This document shows, one piece after another, positions 1-10,072 of a DNA stretch of 64,000 nt; position 1 is the stretch's first letter, and every line of letters starts with the position of its first letter. The stretch comes from a virus (taxonomy: Duplodnaviria; Caudoviricetes). The position numbers and the translations under genes were made by a program. The notes beneath the pieces are model-generated. The model did not search any database and was not told where the DNA came from. It was given only the letters and a program-made list of their open reading frames with translations. The stretch is taken from positions 1,062 through 65,061 of the IMG/VR virus record IMGVR_UViG_3300045284_000214. The stretch is one strand, 5' to 3'.

Positions 1-234
1 GAGAGCATCCTCGGCCACATTGCTGGCTTGATGGGGATCGATACCTTTATCCCCTACAGCTACAACGGCGGTGACTTCCGGCTGGGACGCAAGGAAGATG
101 GTGCGCTCTGGTACCCCAATCACCGCATCTTCAAGCAGACCTCCGAGGCCAAATGGGAACCTGTATTCGAGCGCATCATTCTGGCCATCCGGCAGAAGAT
201 GGAAGCCAAGAAGCAGCAGAGGAGGGTGGCATGA
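1..234 (+). CDS. C-terminal fragment of a glycosyltransferase family 9-like protein (TPR-GT type), 5'-truncated by window
   Basis: Frame 1 is open from base 1: ESILGHIAGLMG..F.....DFRLG....LWYPNHRIFKQ....WEPVF. This matches the 'xS/TxxxHLAGALG...W Y P..RLFRQ...W' tail of TPR-GT9-like proteins. Confidence 0.7.
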   Translation, partial: ESILGHIAGLMGIDTFIPYSYNGGDFRLGRKEDGALWYPNHRIFKQTSEAKWEPVFERIILAIRQKMEAKKQQRRVA

Positions 235-473
235 TGGCTAGCGTTAGGGTGAAGATTGCGGTCGCCGTGGACCCCACGGGCCGTTGGTATGCCCACAGCT
301 ATGGCGATGCCGAAGCCGTGGCTTACCCGGATAATCATGACGAAATGCTGGAGTTTGTCGATGTAGTGGAGCAGTGCGGGCCAAGCGAGGCATGGTTCTG
401 GGTTACGGCTGAGCTGCCAATTCCGGAGCCAAAGGAGGTGGCTGGCGAGATTGTGATGGTCAAGGATGGCTGA
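231..473 (+). CDS. hypothetical protein
   Basis: ATG at 231 follows a GGAGG RBS and overlaps the upstream stop. Confidence 0.6.
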   Translation: MMASVRVKIAVAVDPTGRWYAHSYGDAEAVAYPDNHDEMLEFVDVVEQCGPSEAWFWVTAELPIPEPKEVAGEIVMVKDG

Positions 474-705
474 TCAGAAAGGTATAGATTGGCGTAACGT
501 CTTCAGTACTAACATCATCCGCGTAGGCTATGACTTCGACACCAACGAGTTGTTAGTGGAATGGAAGCGCACCGGCAAGATATCGGCTTACGGTCCAGAC
601 TTCCCCTTCACCGAGTTCGAGAAGGTCTCCAAAGCCCCATCTGTGGGCAGCATGGTAAAGAACGATGTGGTTCCGAAGTATTCTCACCGGTATTTGACAG
701 AATGA
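466..705 (+). CDS. KTSC-domain protein
   Basis: STNIIRVGYD....LLVEW...Y......F.....APSVG...N pattern typical of KTSC. Confidence 0.8.
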   Translation: MADQKGIDWRNVFSTNIIRVGYDFDTNELLVEWKRTGKISAYGPDFPFTEFEKVSKAPSVGSMVKNDVVPKYSHRYLTE

Positions 706-1487
706 CAGCGTTTGAAAAATGGCTGACTGAGGCACCTTATCCAGCTCCTCCACGCATCCTCGTAGCTGGCTCTGCCTATGTCCATGATGAGGGCCTGCGT
801 GAGCTATGCAAGCTATGGTCAAGGGTAGTCCAGCATCTGGACCCCAATGTGGACATCGTGATCATCGACAGCGTGTCGCCGTTCGAGCCTGCGGTGTTTC
901 TGGAGTGGCCAGTTACGATAGAAGGTTATGATGATTATAGGGATGTTCGCGGTCATCAGAAATGGATTTACCGCTTCAAGGAAAACATCGGACACCTCTC
1001 CCGTGGCGGTCAGGATGGAGCTGGCCGCACCTTCTGCAAGAGCATCGAGCTGGGAATCGAGGGCGGGTATGATTATGTGGCAATCATTGAAACTGACCTC
1101 ATCTTCCTCCGGTCAATTACTGACATATGCAAACGTCTTCAACGTACAGGAACTCCTATTGCCGCTGTTGGGAATCAGCAATACCAATTTCCTGAATTCG
1201 GCGTCTGCTTTGTCGATTGTAGCTGGGCAAAGGAATTCGATTTTGTCGGGAAATACAACTGGCTCTCGTCGCAGCCATGGCCCATTCCTGAGATAAGGAT
1301 CATGAACATCGTGCAGGACTATCTGATGCTCCTGCCGATCTACGGAATCCGCGTTGATCAGACTGGTCTTACGGCACAGACTATCCAGAACTACTTTCCT
1401 TATTTCGCCCCAGCATGGGTTACCCACGCACAAAGCCTTGACGTGTATTTCAAGGCCATCATGATGAACAACCTAACTCTTCCTTGA
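702..1487 (+). CDS. putative GT-A-fold glycosyltransferase-like protein
   Basis: Start at coupled ATG 702. Contains 'IVIIDS', 'NIGH' and 'YDYVAIIETD' (DxD-like); lies in the sugar-gene cluster. Confidence 0.5.
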   Translation: MTAFEKWLTEAPYPAPPRILVAGSAYVHDEGLRELCKLWSRVVQHLDPNVDIVIIDSVSPFEPAVFLEWPVTIEGYDDYRDVRGHQKWIYRFKENIGHLSRGGQDGAGRTFCKSIELGIEGGYDYVAIIETDLIFLRSITDICKRLQRTGTPIAAVGNQQYQFPEFGVCFVDCSWAKEFDFVGKYNWLSSQPWPIPEIRIMNIVQDYLMLLPIYGIRVDQTGLTAQTIQNYFPYFAPAWVTHAQSLDVYFKAIMMNNLTLP

Positions 1488-1494
1488 GGTTCAA

Positions 1495-1833
1495 ATGCGC
1501 TTCACCATCCCCGCCATCAACAATGACTACTATGACGAGGACTATCTGCGTGTCTTCGGCTTCAAGAGCCTCGGCAAGAACATCCGTGTTCACCGTTCCG
1601 TCGTCTTCATGAAGCCAGCTAACATCAGCATTGCTGACGATGTAACGATCATGCCTTACTGCGTCTTCGGTACCGGCAAGACCGATGTTGTGATCGACGT
1701 TGATCCGTTCCAGTATTTCGAAGGCAAGCCGGAGGAGTCGCCGCTCGATGCCGAGAAGCGCATCAAGGAATTGGAGGCTACATTGGCCTCCTATAAGGCC
1801 GCCAACAAGGGCAAGACCGGATCAGATCGATGA
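1495..1833 (+). CDS. short left-handed beta-helix (acetyltransferase-like N-terminus) protein
   Basis: GFKSLGKNIRVHRSVVF..P.NISIADDVTI hexapeptide turns; appears truncated relative to full acetyltransferases. Confidence 0.55.
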   Translation: MRFTIPAINNDYYDEDYLRVFGFKSLGKNIRVHRSVVFMKPANISIADDVTIMPYCVFGTGKTDVVIDVDPFQYFEGKPEESPLDAEKRIKELEATLASYKAANKGKTGSDR

Positions 1834-2546
1834 CTGATGCAGACATCAAGCGTAAACCGACTGCCGTCTTTGGTGCGGGCGGCCACGGCCTTTTGATTGG
1901 AGCGCTACTGCTGGCATGCGGTGAGAAAGTGTTCTTCCTGGATGACCGCATGGATGCCCTGCTGGCAGTCGAGAATATCGGGGCATTGCTGGTTGGTGGT
2001 TCGGAGAAGCTGGAAGACTCGCGCTTCCTGCGTAGGCATGATCTGTTCATAGGTATAGGTGACAACCAGAAGCGAAGACACTTTAGCGAATTAGCATCCA
2101 AATTCGGGGCGCATCACTCCATTCTCATCGATCCCGATGCTACGGTAATGAATGGTTCCATACTGGATAGCGGCGTAGTTGTCATGGCTGGGGCTGTGGT
2201 CTCTCACGATGTAAGATTGGGCCGGTCAGTCATCGTCAACACCAGCGCCTCAATTGCCCATGGCTGCATCGTTGGGGACTATGCCAACATATCCGATGGT
2301 GCGCGGCTATTGGGTGAAGTCAGGGTGGGCGAGATGGCATTCATCGGCGGCGGAGCTATCGTGCTGCCAAAAATCAGGATCGGTGACAGGGCCATTGTCG
2401 GTGCTGGTGCGGTCGTAACCAAGGATGTTCCAGATGGGTTCACAGTCGTCGGCAATCCAGCCCGTACAGTCAGTCATTCCGATAGTGAGGCCGTACTTCC
2501 CGGCACTGGAGACAATATCGTCAAGATTATCCCGGGCGCTAAATGA
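1830..2546 (+). CDS. NeuD/PglD-family sugar N/O-acetyltransferase
   Basis: GAGGHG, FLDD, IGIGDN..R, long hexapeptide repeat tract with HGC, and VVGNPAR. Confidence 0.9.
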   Translation: MTDADIKRKPTAVFGAGGHGLLIGALLLACGEKVFFLDDRMDALLAVENIGALLVGGSEKLEDSRFLRRHDLFIGIGDNQKRRHFSELASKFGAHHSILIDPDATVMNGSILDSGVVVMAGAVVSHDVRLGRSVIVNTSASIAHGCIVGDYANISDGARLLGEVRVGEMAFIGGGAIVLPKIRIGDRAIVGAGAVVTKDVPDGFTVVGNPARTVSHSDSEAVLPGTGDNIVKIIPGAK

Positions 2547-3597
2547 AGGCTGCATTACCAACAACGGCCCCTACGTTCAGGACTTCGAGGCGCTGCTAGC
2601 CAAGTATCTCGGCGCTCCGGTGCTGTGCTTTGGCTCCGGTCAGGCTGCGCTGACGGCCATGCTGATGGCCAGTGAAATCCAGGGGCAGGAAGTGATCATC
2701 CCCTCATTCACTTTCGCCGCCACCCCAAACGCCGTACTTGCTGCTGGCGGCATCCCCGTATTTGCTGATGTCAGCATCGACACCCTGACCCTCAGTCCCA
2801 TTGATGTCGAGAAACGGATTACGGAGCAGACGGGTGCTATTCTGGCGGTCGATGCTTATGGCATTGGCGCGGATTACCAAATACTCATCAAGATTGCCAA
2901 AAAGCACCGAATTAAGCTTCTTCGCGATAGCGCACCAGCCTTCGGCACCATCTGCTCCGGACAGAACGATGTCACCGGGATTTATTCGTTTCATGCGACA
3001 AAGGCCTTTGCGGTTGGTGAGGGTGGTTGTATAGTATCGCATGACGAAAGCCTGATGGCCAGAGCCAAGTTGATCAGGAACTTCGGCCTCGACAAAAACC
3101 ATGCATGGCGGCTTCCAGGAATCAATGGCAAGATGACAGAGATCAGCGCCATTATCGGCATCCAGAGCCTAAAGGGATGGCCTGACAGGCTGAACGAGCG
3201 GCAGAAGGTCAAGGCGCGGCTGGATGCTGTCCTGACCGGTATCGATGGGCTAACGGTGATCATGACGCCTGCTGGACAGTCTGTCTCATGGTGCTACGCC
3301 CCTGCTCTCATCGACCCCATAGCGTTCGGATGCTCCCGCGACGAACTCCAGCGCCAGCTTGAGGCCAATGGCATCTATACCCGCAAGTATTACCCGGCTT
3401 GCCACATGGAGAACTTTATTTCGGACAGCGACCCGCTGGGATCAGACCTCCGGGGAATCGGGTTACCACGAACTGAGCGGTCAGCCAGTCAGGTGCTTGC
3501 CCTCCCCTGCTACGAGTCCATGACCATGACCGAATGCCAGCGCATCGGTGATACCATCCGCAATATCCAGAACATGGTCAGCACGGTATATTCATGA
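2425..3597 (+). CDS. DegT/DnrJ/EryC1/StrS PLP-dependent sugar aminotransferase
   Basis: TNNGP, PSFTF.AT, PVFADV, SFHATK (PLP lysine)..GEGG, GINGKM, VLALP. Start codon is uncertain (2425 or 2434). Confidence 0.93.
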   Translation: MFQMGSQSSAIQPVQSVIPIVRPYFPALETISSRLSRALNEGCITNNGPYVQDFEALLAKYLGAPVLCFGSGQAALTAMLMASEIQGQEVIIPSFTFAATPNAVLAAGGIPVFADVSIDTLTLSPIDVEKRITEQTGAILAVDAYGIGADYQILIKIAKKHRIKLLRDSAPAFGTICSGQNDVTGIYSFHATKAFAVGEGGCIVSHDESLMARAKLIRNFGLDKNHAWRLPGINGKMTEISAIIGIQSLKGWPDRLNERQKVKARLDAVLTGIDGLTVIMTPAGQSVSWCYAPALIDPIAFGCSRDELQRQLEANGIYTRKYYPACHMENFISDSDPLGSDLRGIGLPRTERSASQVLALPCYESMTMTECQRIGDTIRNIQNMVSTVYS

Positions 3598-3833
3598 ATT
3601 TACAAGATCGGATTGACGACCTTGAGGAAGCGTTGCAGCGGATCATTCAGTGGTCCGAAGCATATCCGCCCGACATTTTCCATGAGCCATCTGCTGAGGA
3701 ATGCCGCCGCGCCCACAAATTACTTACAGCTAATGGCATGACGCTGGATGCCTTTAGTGCGAGCATGGGAAGACATTGCCTCAAAGGCATTGGTGATATT
3801 GCTCGCGGAGTCTTAAAATGCGATGTTTTGTGA
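3594..3833 (+). CDS. hypothetical protein
   Basis: Coupled ATGA overlap; fills the gap between sugar genes. Confidence 0.6.
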   Translation: MNLQDRIDDLEEALQRIIQWSEAYPPDIFHEPSAEECRRAHKLLTANGMTLDAFSASMGRHCLKGIGDIARGVLKCDVL

Positions 3834-4822
3834 GCGGGTCCGGCGGGTATATTGGCATGGTGCTATGCAAACAGCTTGTGAAGGAAGGTCACGATGTCAC
3901 TGCTTTTGATCGTTACTTTTTTGGTCATAAGCCTGATGGCTGTCGCATTGTCGTGGGTGATATACGGACTGTCGGGGCCGAGACACTAGAGGGCCATGAT
4001 GTTGTGGTTGATCTGGCTGGGTTATCGAATGATGCCGCTTGTGAGATCGACCGCAATTTTACATCTGCTATAAACTTTTATGGGGGCAGGAATCTGGCTT
4101 CATGGGCGGTTGGCTCTGGCATTGGCCGTTATGTATATGCCAGTTCAGCGTCGATATATGGACATGGAGAGAAATCCGGACTCACGGAGACTGATGAAAC
4201 CAATCCACTGACTGATTATGCCAAAAGCAAACGCTGCATGGAGGAGGAATTGTCCGATGACTTTTTCTCCAAAATGGAAATAGTCATCCTGCGCAATGCC
4301 ACGGTCTTTGGCGTCTCGCCCCGCATGCGCTTCGATCTTGCTGTCAATGTCATGACCATGCGTGCATGGCGGGACAAGGTGATCTACGTCATGGGCGGTG
4401 GCGAGCAGTGGAGGCCCTTCATCCATGTCGAGGACGTGGCCAGAACCATCATCTGGGCGCTGACAGCCCGCAAGGAGGTGGTGGCAGGCCAGACCTTCAA
4501 TGTGGGTTCCGCTGACAATCAGGTCACCGTGGGGCATCTGGCCACCATGGTTGCCAACTACTTTCCGGATGCCAAGATACACCGCATCCCAGACGAGACC
4601 GACCAGCGCAGCTACCATCTGTCCTTCGACAAGTTCTTCAAGGCATCCGATCTGCGCAAGTTCAAGACCATAGATTATGGCATCACCGAGATCATGCGGG
4701 CCCTGAACAATGGCTCCATCGATCCTAATGATCCACGCACCATCACCCTGAACTGGTACAAATCCATGCTAGAGTGGAAAGATCGGCTGGATACCCTCTC
4801 AAAGGATGGACCCATTCTGTGA
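3818..4822 (+). CDS. NAD-dependent epimerase/dehydratase (extended SDR)
   Basis: GSGGYIG Rossmann motif, ASSASIYG, YAKSK catalytic motif, RPFIHVEDVA. Confidence 0.93.
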   Translation: MRCFVSGSGGYIGMVLCKQLVKEGHDVTAFDRYFFGHKPDGCRIVVGDIRTVGAETLEGHDVVVDLAGLSNDAACEIDRNFTSAINFYGGRNLASWAVGSGIGRYVYASSASIYGHGEKSGLTETDETNPLTDYAKSKRCMEEELSDDFFSKMEIVILRNATVFGVSPRMRFDLAVNVMTMRAWRDKVIYVMGGGEQWRPFIHVEDVARTIIWALTARKEVVAGQTFNVGSADNQVTVGHLATMVANYFPDAKIHRIPDETDQRSYHLSFDKFFKASDLRKFKTIDYGITEIMRALNNGSIDPNDPRTITLNWYKSMLEWKDRLDTLSKDGPIL

Positions 4823-5067
4823 CCCGCGAAGAAATAGCTGACCGCTTCAGGAAGATGGCCGATCAGATCGAGGCCAACAAGGAGTACCCTTTCGGCGGGG
4901 CTTTTGTTATGGTGCCGCCACAGGACCTTGAGCCTGTGGAACTTCTCATCCTCGATACCCGTCAGAATGCCCACCAGTTCTACGCCAACATCAAGACCTT
5001 GGGCGAGGAAAGGGCCATGCTTCTGGGAGAAGAAGAACTCCGCAGGAAGGCATACGGAGTTAGGTAA
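4819..5067 (+). CDS. hypothetical protein
   Basis: GTG at 4819 overlaps the epimerase stop; its stop overlaps the terminase ATG. Confidence 0.6.
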   Translation: MTREEIADRFRKMADQIEANKEYPFGGAFVMVPPQDLEPVELLILDTRQNAHQFYANIKTLGEERAMLLGEEELRRKAYGVR

Positions 5068-7022
5068 TGTACGTTGAGGAAGATGGCGCAACAGGCTGGA
5101 CACATGGCAAGCGCCTCGCCTTCGAAGACAGCTTCCGCACCTTCCTTAACCACGTCACCATCAACTCCAAGGACACCGGCCCCACCATCCTCGGGGAGCA
5201 TCTCTTTGACGCCCAGGAGCGGTTCATCAAGTTCGTGTTCGATGGGCTTGAGCATAACATCCATGACTTCTATGTGCTCAAAAGTCGGCAATTGGGCTCG
5301 TCTGTTATCTCCAGAGCCTTCTCGGTCTTCTGGCTTGGCATGCACCCCGGCCTGACCGGCGGCATCGTGTTTGATACCGACAGCAACAAGTTATCAGCAC
5401 GCCGCGAGATCGAGAACATGATCCGGGACTTGCCGCCGGAAATGGGTTTCCCGAAGATTGCCAAAGCCAACCGCAACGGCATCGAACTGTCGAATCAATC
5501 AACCATCCTGTTCATGTCGGCCGGTGTGAAGAAAAGCCGTGGCAGTGGTACTCTGGGCCGGTCGCTGGGGCTATCCTACTCGCACGCCTCAGAACTCTGT
5601 TCCTACGATAATCCTGAAGGCTTGGTTGCCTATCGAAAGGCGCTGTCGCAAGTTCATCCAAATCGACTGTACCTCTACGAATCCACCGCCAGAGGCTACA
5701 ACGACTGGTACCATATGTGGGTCGAGGCAAAGGCTGATGCCGCCCAAAAAGCATGCCTGTTTTTGGGATGGTGGAGCAAACCGACGCAGCGGATCAAGAA
5801 GACCCATTCTGACTTTTCTCGCTATGGCATCCAGCTTCCTACCCCAAAGGAAGCCGAAAAAATCAAACAAGTGCGGGAGCAGTACAATCACCAGATCACT
5901 CCGGAGCAGTTGGCTTGGATCAGGAAGGACAGCGATCCCCTTGCCAAGCTGATGGAGGGAGAAAAGGCGGTTGAGTATGAGGCATCATCATACCAATTGG
6001 CCGAACAGCCCTGGACGGAAGAAGACAGTTTTCAGCAGAGCGGATCGACGTTCTTTGCCCCCGAATCACTGAAAGTGCTGACCGATGAGCAAGCCAAAAA
6101 CCCCAAGAGCTATTACGCCTTCGCTACCTTTGCCGAGTTCATTGATACCTCTGTCCATCAGGTCACCAATCCAAGAGTCGCTCACCTCAAGGTGTGGGAT
6201 GAGCCAATCGATGACGGAGCTTACTACGTGGTGGCCGCTGACCCAGCTTGGGGCATGCGAGAGAAGTCCGACCGCTCCGCCCTTCAAGTGCTACGCTGTT
6301 ATGCTGACGGATGCGACCAAGTAGCTGAGTATGCGTGGCCTTTGGTCGGTACAAGGCAGTTCGCGTGGTCCATACTGGCTATCGCGGCTTGGTACGCTGG
6401 GCACTCCAACGACGTGCGGCTGATCGTGGAGATGAATGGCCCTGGTCGCCCGGTCTGGGATGAGGTGAACTCGGTCAAGCGCCACATTGCTTCCGGCTAC
6501 CAGCCCAAGGAGGTGGACGCGCTGGGGCTGAAGCGGATATTCGGCAACGTCCGCAACTACATCTTCACCCGTAATGATTCCCTCGATCAATCCAAGAGCT
6601 GGCAATGGATCACGGCAAAGGGTGACGGCCCCTCAAGCAAGGTGCGCCTGATGGAGCGCATGCGGGATGCTACCTCGACCCAGAAGGTGAGAATCAGGTC
6701 CATAGACCTCATCAACGAGATGAAGGGTGTGCAGCGCGGCGAGGACAACTCCATCGAGGCCCTCGGCAACAGCAAGGACGACCGGGTGCTGGCCATGGCG
6801 CTGGCTCTGATGTGCTGGGACGAGCGGCTGGTTCCGGCCCTGTCCAGCCGCAAGCGGACCCGGGAAGCAGAAGAAAATCGCCGCAAGCTCACACTTCAGG
6901 ATATGTATTCGCTGTATACGGAGCGCCAGTTCAACGATGTGCTGCGCCGCAAGACACTGGATCGCAAGGCAACTCTGCGCCAGATGAAGCTGCAGGCACG
7001 GCTATATGGGAATCGAAGGTGA
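5067..7022 (+). CDS. terL: terminase large subunit
   Basis: VLKSRQLGSS (Walker A), HASE (Walker B), ESTARG coupling motif, AADPA...DRSA nuclease, KDDRVLA. Confidence 0.9.
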   Translation: MYVEEDGATGWTHGKRLAFEDSFRTFLNHVTINSKDTGPTILGEHLFDAQERFIKFVFDGLEHNIHDFYVLKSRQLGSSVISRAFSVFWLGMHPGLTGGIVFDTDSNKLSARREIENMIRDLPPEMGFPKIAKANRNGIELSNQSTILFMSAGVKKSRGSGTLGRSLGLSYSHASELCSYDNPEGLVAYRKALSQVHPNRLYLYESTARGYNDWYHMWVEAKADAAQKACLFLGWWSKPTQRIKKTHSDFSRYGIQLPTPKEAEKIKQVREQYNHQITPEQLAWIRKDSDPLAKLMEGEKAVEYEASSYQLAEQPWTEEDSFQQSGSTFFAPESLKVLTDEQAKNPKSYYAFATFAEFIDTSVHQVTNPRVAHLKVWDEPIDDGAYYVVAADPAWGMREKSDRSALQVLRCYADGCDQVAEYAWPLVGTRQFAWSILAIAAWYAGHSNDVRLIVEMNGPGRPVWDEVNSVKRHIASGYQPKEVDALGLKRIFGNVRNYIFTRNDSLDQSKSWQWITAKGDGPSSKVRLMERMRDATSTQKVRIRSIDLINEMKGVQRGEDNSIEALGNSKDDRVLAMALALMCWDERLVPALSSRKRTREAEENRRKLTLQDMYSLYTERQFNDVLRRKTLDRKATLRQMKLQARLYGNRR

Positions 7023-7024
7023 GC

Positions 7025-7573
7025 ATGATCGGAATACGCTGCCATCTCTGCCGCGAGCGCTTCAGCTGGGACATCATGAAGGGCTATCCAACCCATTGTG
7101 AGTGCTGCAAGCAGTTCATCGGCATTGCTGAGGACGCCCCAGAAGTAGCCACCCCTTACATTTCGACCCAAAAGAAGCGGGGCAATACCGACGCCATCTA
7201 TCGTGACATGGAGAACAAATCAGTGGCCCGTGCCGAGATGGCTGCCGCCGAGACGGGCCAAACCATGGCCGAGGTCTCCCACCTCAAGATGACCGACATG
7301 AAGGATAATCTGAAGGAGGGTGATCAGGCCTTCTCGAATAATCTCCAGAACAATCCTGTCCATCAGGCCATGCAGCAGGCTCCCGCTGGGGCCACGGGCT
7401 TCAGCAGTGCCAAGGCCATGGCTATCCAAGCCAGCGCCGGAACCAGGGTAGGGCCATTGCCTAATGCCGGAACAAACTTTATTCATGGCATGGGCGGTTT
7501 GCGAGACAAGCACTCCAGCAAATACCACGCTCCCGTCTCCAGTATGCCGGGGAATGGCACAAGGATCAGGTGA
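7025..7573 (+). CDS. zinc-ribbon hypothetical protein
   Basis: N-terminal CHLC...CECC; lies between terL and portal. Confidence 0.6.
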   Translation: MIGIRCHLCRERFSWDIMKGYPTHCECCKQFIGIAEDAPEVATPYISTQKKRGNTDAIYRDMENKSVARAEMAAAETGQTMAEVSHLKMTDMKDNLKEGDQAFSNNLQNNPVHQAMQQAPAGATGFSSAKAMAIQASAGTRVGPLPNAGTNFIHGMGGLRDKHSSKYHAPVSSMPGNGTRIR

Positions 7574-8320
7574 AGATCACGATGGATTGCTCAGACTGGC
7601 AACCATACTTCGCGTGGGTACCGGTCTACGTGGATGCCTATGAGGTTGGGGAGATCAAGAATGGCAAGACGCGTTACCTAAAATGGGGTAATGTCGAGCG
7701 CAGACTGTGCATCAGAGTAGAAACTGAGGATGAGTCCCAATTCGGGGTTAAATATCCAGTTTGGCGCTTCCGTCTGGCTAGGAAACCATTATGAATTTTG
7801 CATCGCACGTTCCGTGGTATCGTCGGTTTGTCTTTGGCGACCCGTGGCCTAACAAAACCTCATGGAAGGTTCTAGAGGCTGACGTGCGAGGCTCGTGGTT
7901 AATTGTAGAGCGGCATACGCGAGATTGTACCTGTTCCTACTGTCGCAATGAACACGGACGCGGGGTGCTTTGGCTACCCCAAGACAGAAAGCGTGGCTGG
8001 CGTGTCATCAATCTATTCCACTGGCTATACATCCGCTGGATTCCGGGTAGGGAACCAAAATGAAGTCGGAGATATTCTCCCGAAATCTAGCTCTGGATGA
8101 TGAGCAGCGGTTAGCCAAGAAAGGTCGATGGCGTTTACTGTGTCTGGTTTTGCCTCATAATTGGCACCATACTCACCTGTTTGATGAGCCGCCTGACTAT
8201 AATCTACCTTATGGCATGCATAGAGGCTCATCACACTATGCTGGCATCTGTCGGCGTTGCGGTGCTCGCGATCTATTCAGCGGCTCTTACCGGCCCTTGG
8301 AAACCAAGGAAGATTTTTAG
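7570..8320 (+). CDS. three small coupled hypothetical ORFs (7570-7794, 7791-8063, 8060-8320)
   Basis: Stop/start overlaps (GTGA/ATGA); Trp/Cys-rich small phage ORFs. Confidence 0.55.
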
Positions 8321-10072
8321 ATGCTCAACATACCCAGTGACCGGAAGCAGCTAGTCGTCTGGGCGCAGAACCTGATCGAGGCTTGCCGGGCTAGTTCCGG
8401 CGACCGGGCTTCGCTCTATCGGTTGCTGGCGACACTGGTCGAAACCGGCACCGACGATCCTGCCGTCCGCTCCCGCATGAACCTGATGTACCACCATCTG
8501 CGCCGCACCGAATCGCATCTGTTCAGCCCGATCCAGATGCAATTTGCCATCGATTTCGAGCGGGAATATCCACGGGAAATCTATGAGCGCGGTCAGGCGG
8601 TTGGCCGGGTTTTGACCCGCAACTGGGCGCTGAACGACACCGACCGGGCCTTTGCACAGGGCGTATTCGAGGCGCTGAAGTACGGGGCCTGCATCCTCAA
8701 GCAATGGGTTGAGGAATCAGGCCCCAAGCGCACGCCAAGATACCGCCGCAAGCTGATCATGCCGTGGCAGTTCGGCGTCTACCGGGAGGACGAGAATGAT
8801 CTCGATCTCCAGGATGCCATGTGTGAGACGACCTACCTGTCGATGCCACAGATATGGCAGCGCATCGCCCATCTGCCTGATGCCAGCAACTTGTTTAAAC
8901 GCATCCAGTCTCATGCCCAGCGCGGTACGGCTCCCGATGACCCCTCCAGCTTCCTCGGCAATATCCTATCGACCAACACCATCAATACCTCCGGCAATAC
9001 GATTGCTGGTGCTGGTTCTCCGGGTGGTGTGGCTATATTCGGTGCTCCGTCTGCTCCTACGCCGGGAGCATCTGTGGACATTGATCTGGTCAAGTTCCAC
9101 GAAATCTGGGTCAAGGGTCCGGAAGACTACGTCACCATCCAGATCATCGACCCCGATGTCCTGATCATGCCGTATTTCTCCGGCGACATCATGACGCGGA
9201 AGACCAACGCCCTGATCCCCGGCAAGATCAACAGCGGCATTCATCCCTACACCCTGATCCAGCCCAACGAGACCTCGGGCAACTTCTGGGGCCGCAGTGA
9301 AATCATTGATCTCATCGAGCCGCAGGTCATGATCACCCAGACCACCAACGATGCTCGCCGATTGTTCGGGCTTCAGGTGGACAAGTATTTGGCCTTCACC
9401 GGGGTCGATGGCGATATCGATGAAGTCTATGACAGCATGCGTTCGGCTGGTTATTCGAACCTTGGCCAGAATGGTCAGGTCAACGATCTAACACCTAAAT
9501 TCCCGCCGGAAACACTGCCTTACATCAAGTCGCTGATTGACAGCTTCAACATCATCGGCGGCTTCCCGTCCGTGATGCAGGGTGAGGGCGATGCCGGTGT
9601 GAGAGCCGGGTCGCACGCCGATACACTGCTGAAGACCGGTTCGCCGCGTCTACGGAGCATGTCTCTGGCGGTAGAGCGCAACTGTGCCAAGGCTGGCAGC
9701 CTGACCCTTGATCTGGCTGAAGCCAAGGACGGCTCAAATTACTGGACCAATGGCAAGACGATGGAATCCATCAAGGACACGGAATTCATCCTGAGCGATC
9801 TTCCGGATGACCGCCATGTTATTGTCGATTCCCACAGCACTTCCCCGATCTTCATGGATGACCATGAGCAACTGGTAGCCTTCGGAGCCAAGCTGGGCTG
9901 GATCGGAGCCGAAGAAGGTATCGACATGATGCCGCTCCCCAACAAGGAGCTGCTGAAGGCCAAGTATGCAGAGCGCCAGGAAGCCGCTGCCAAGGAAAAA
10001 CAAGAGATGATGCAGCGCTATCCTGACCTTGGAGAGAAGGTCGCGCTGAAATCCATAACCGGCAGGAAATAA
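8321..10072 (+). CDS. portal protein (P22-like)
   Basis: 583 aa, downstream of terL. Contains 'ALKYGACILK', 'FWGRSEIIDLIEPQ' and 'QGEGDAGVRAG' segments plus a helical C-terminus. Confidence 0.8.
   Translation: MLNIPSDRKQLVVWAQNLIEACRASSGDRASLYRLLATLVETGTDDPAVRSRMNLMYHHLRRTESHLFSPIQMQFAIDFEREYPREIYERGQAVGRVLTRNWALNDTDRAFAQGVFEALKYGACILKQWVEESGPKRTPRYRRKLIMPWQFGVYREDENDLDLQDAMCETTYLSMPQIWQRIAHLPDASNLFKRIQSHAQRGTAPDDPSSFLGNILSTNTINTSGNTIAGAGSPGGVAIFGAPSAPTPGASVDIDLVKFHEIWVKGPEDYVTIQIIDPDVLIMPYFSGDIMTRKTNALIPGKINSGIHPYTLIQPNETSGNFWGRSEIIDLIEPQVMITQTTNDARRLFGLQVDKYLAFTGVDGDIDEVYDSMRSAGYSNLGQNGQVNDLTPKFPPETLPYIKSLIDSFNIIGGFPSVMQGEGDAGVRAGSHADTLLKTGSPRLRSMSLAVERNCAKAGSLTLDLAEAKDGSNYWTNGKTMESIKDTEFILSDLPDDRHVIVDSHSTSPIFMDDHEQLVAFGAKLGWIGAEEGIDMMPLPNKELLKAKYAERQEAAAKEKQEMMQRYPDLGEKVALKSITGRK

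Noticed and set aside
4819-5067. Terminase small subunit
   Set aside because: The position fits, but there is no HTH or other recognisable TerS feature; no TerS could be identified.
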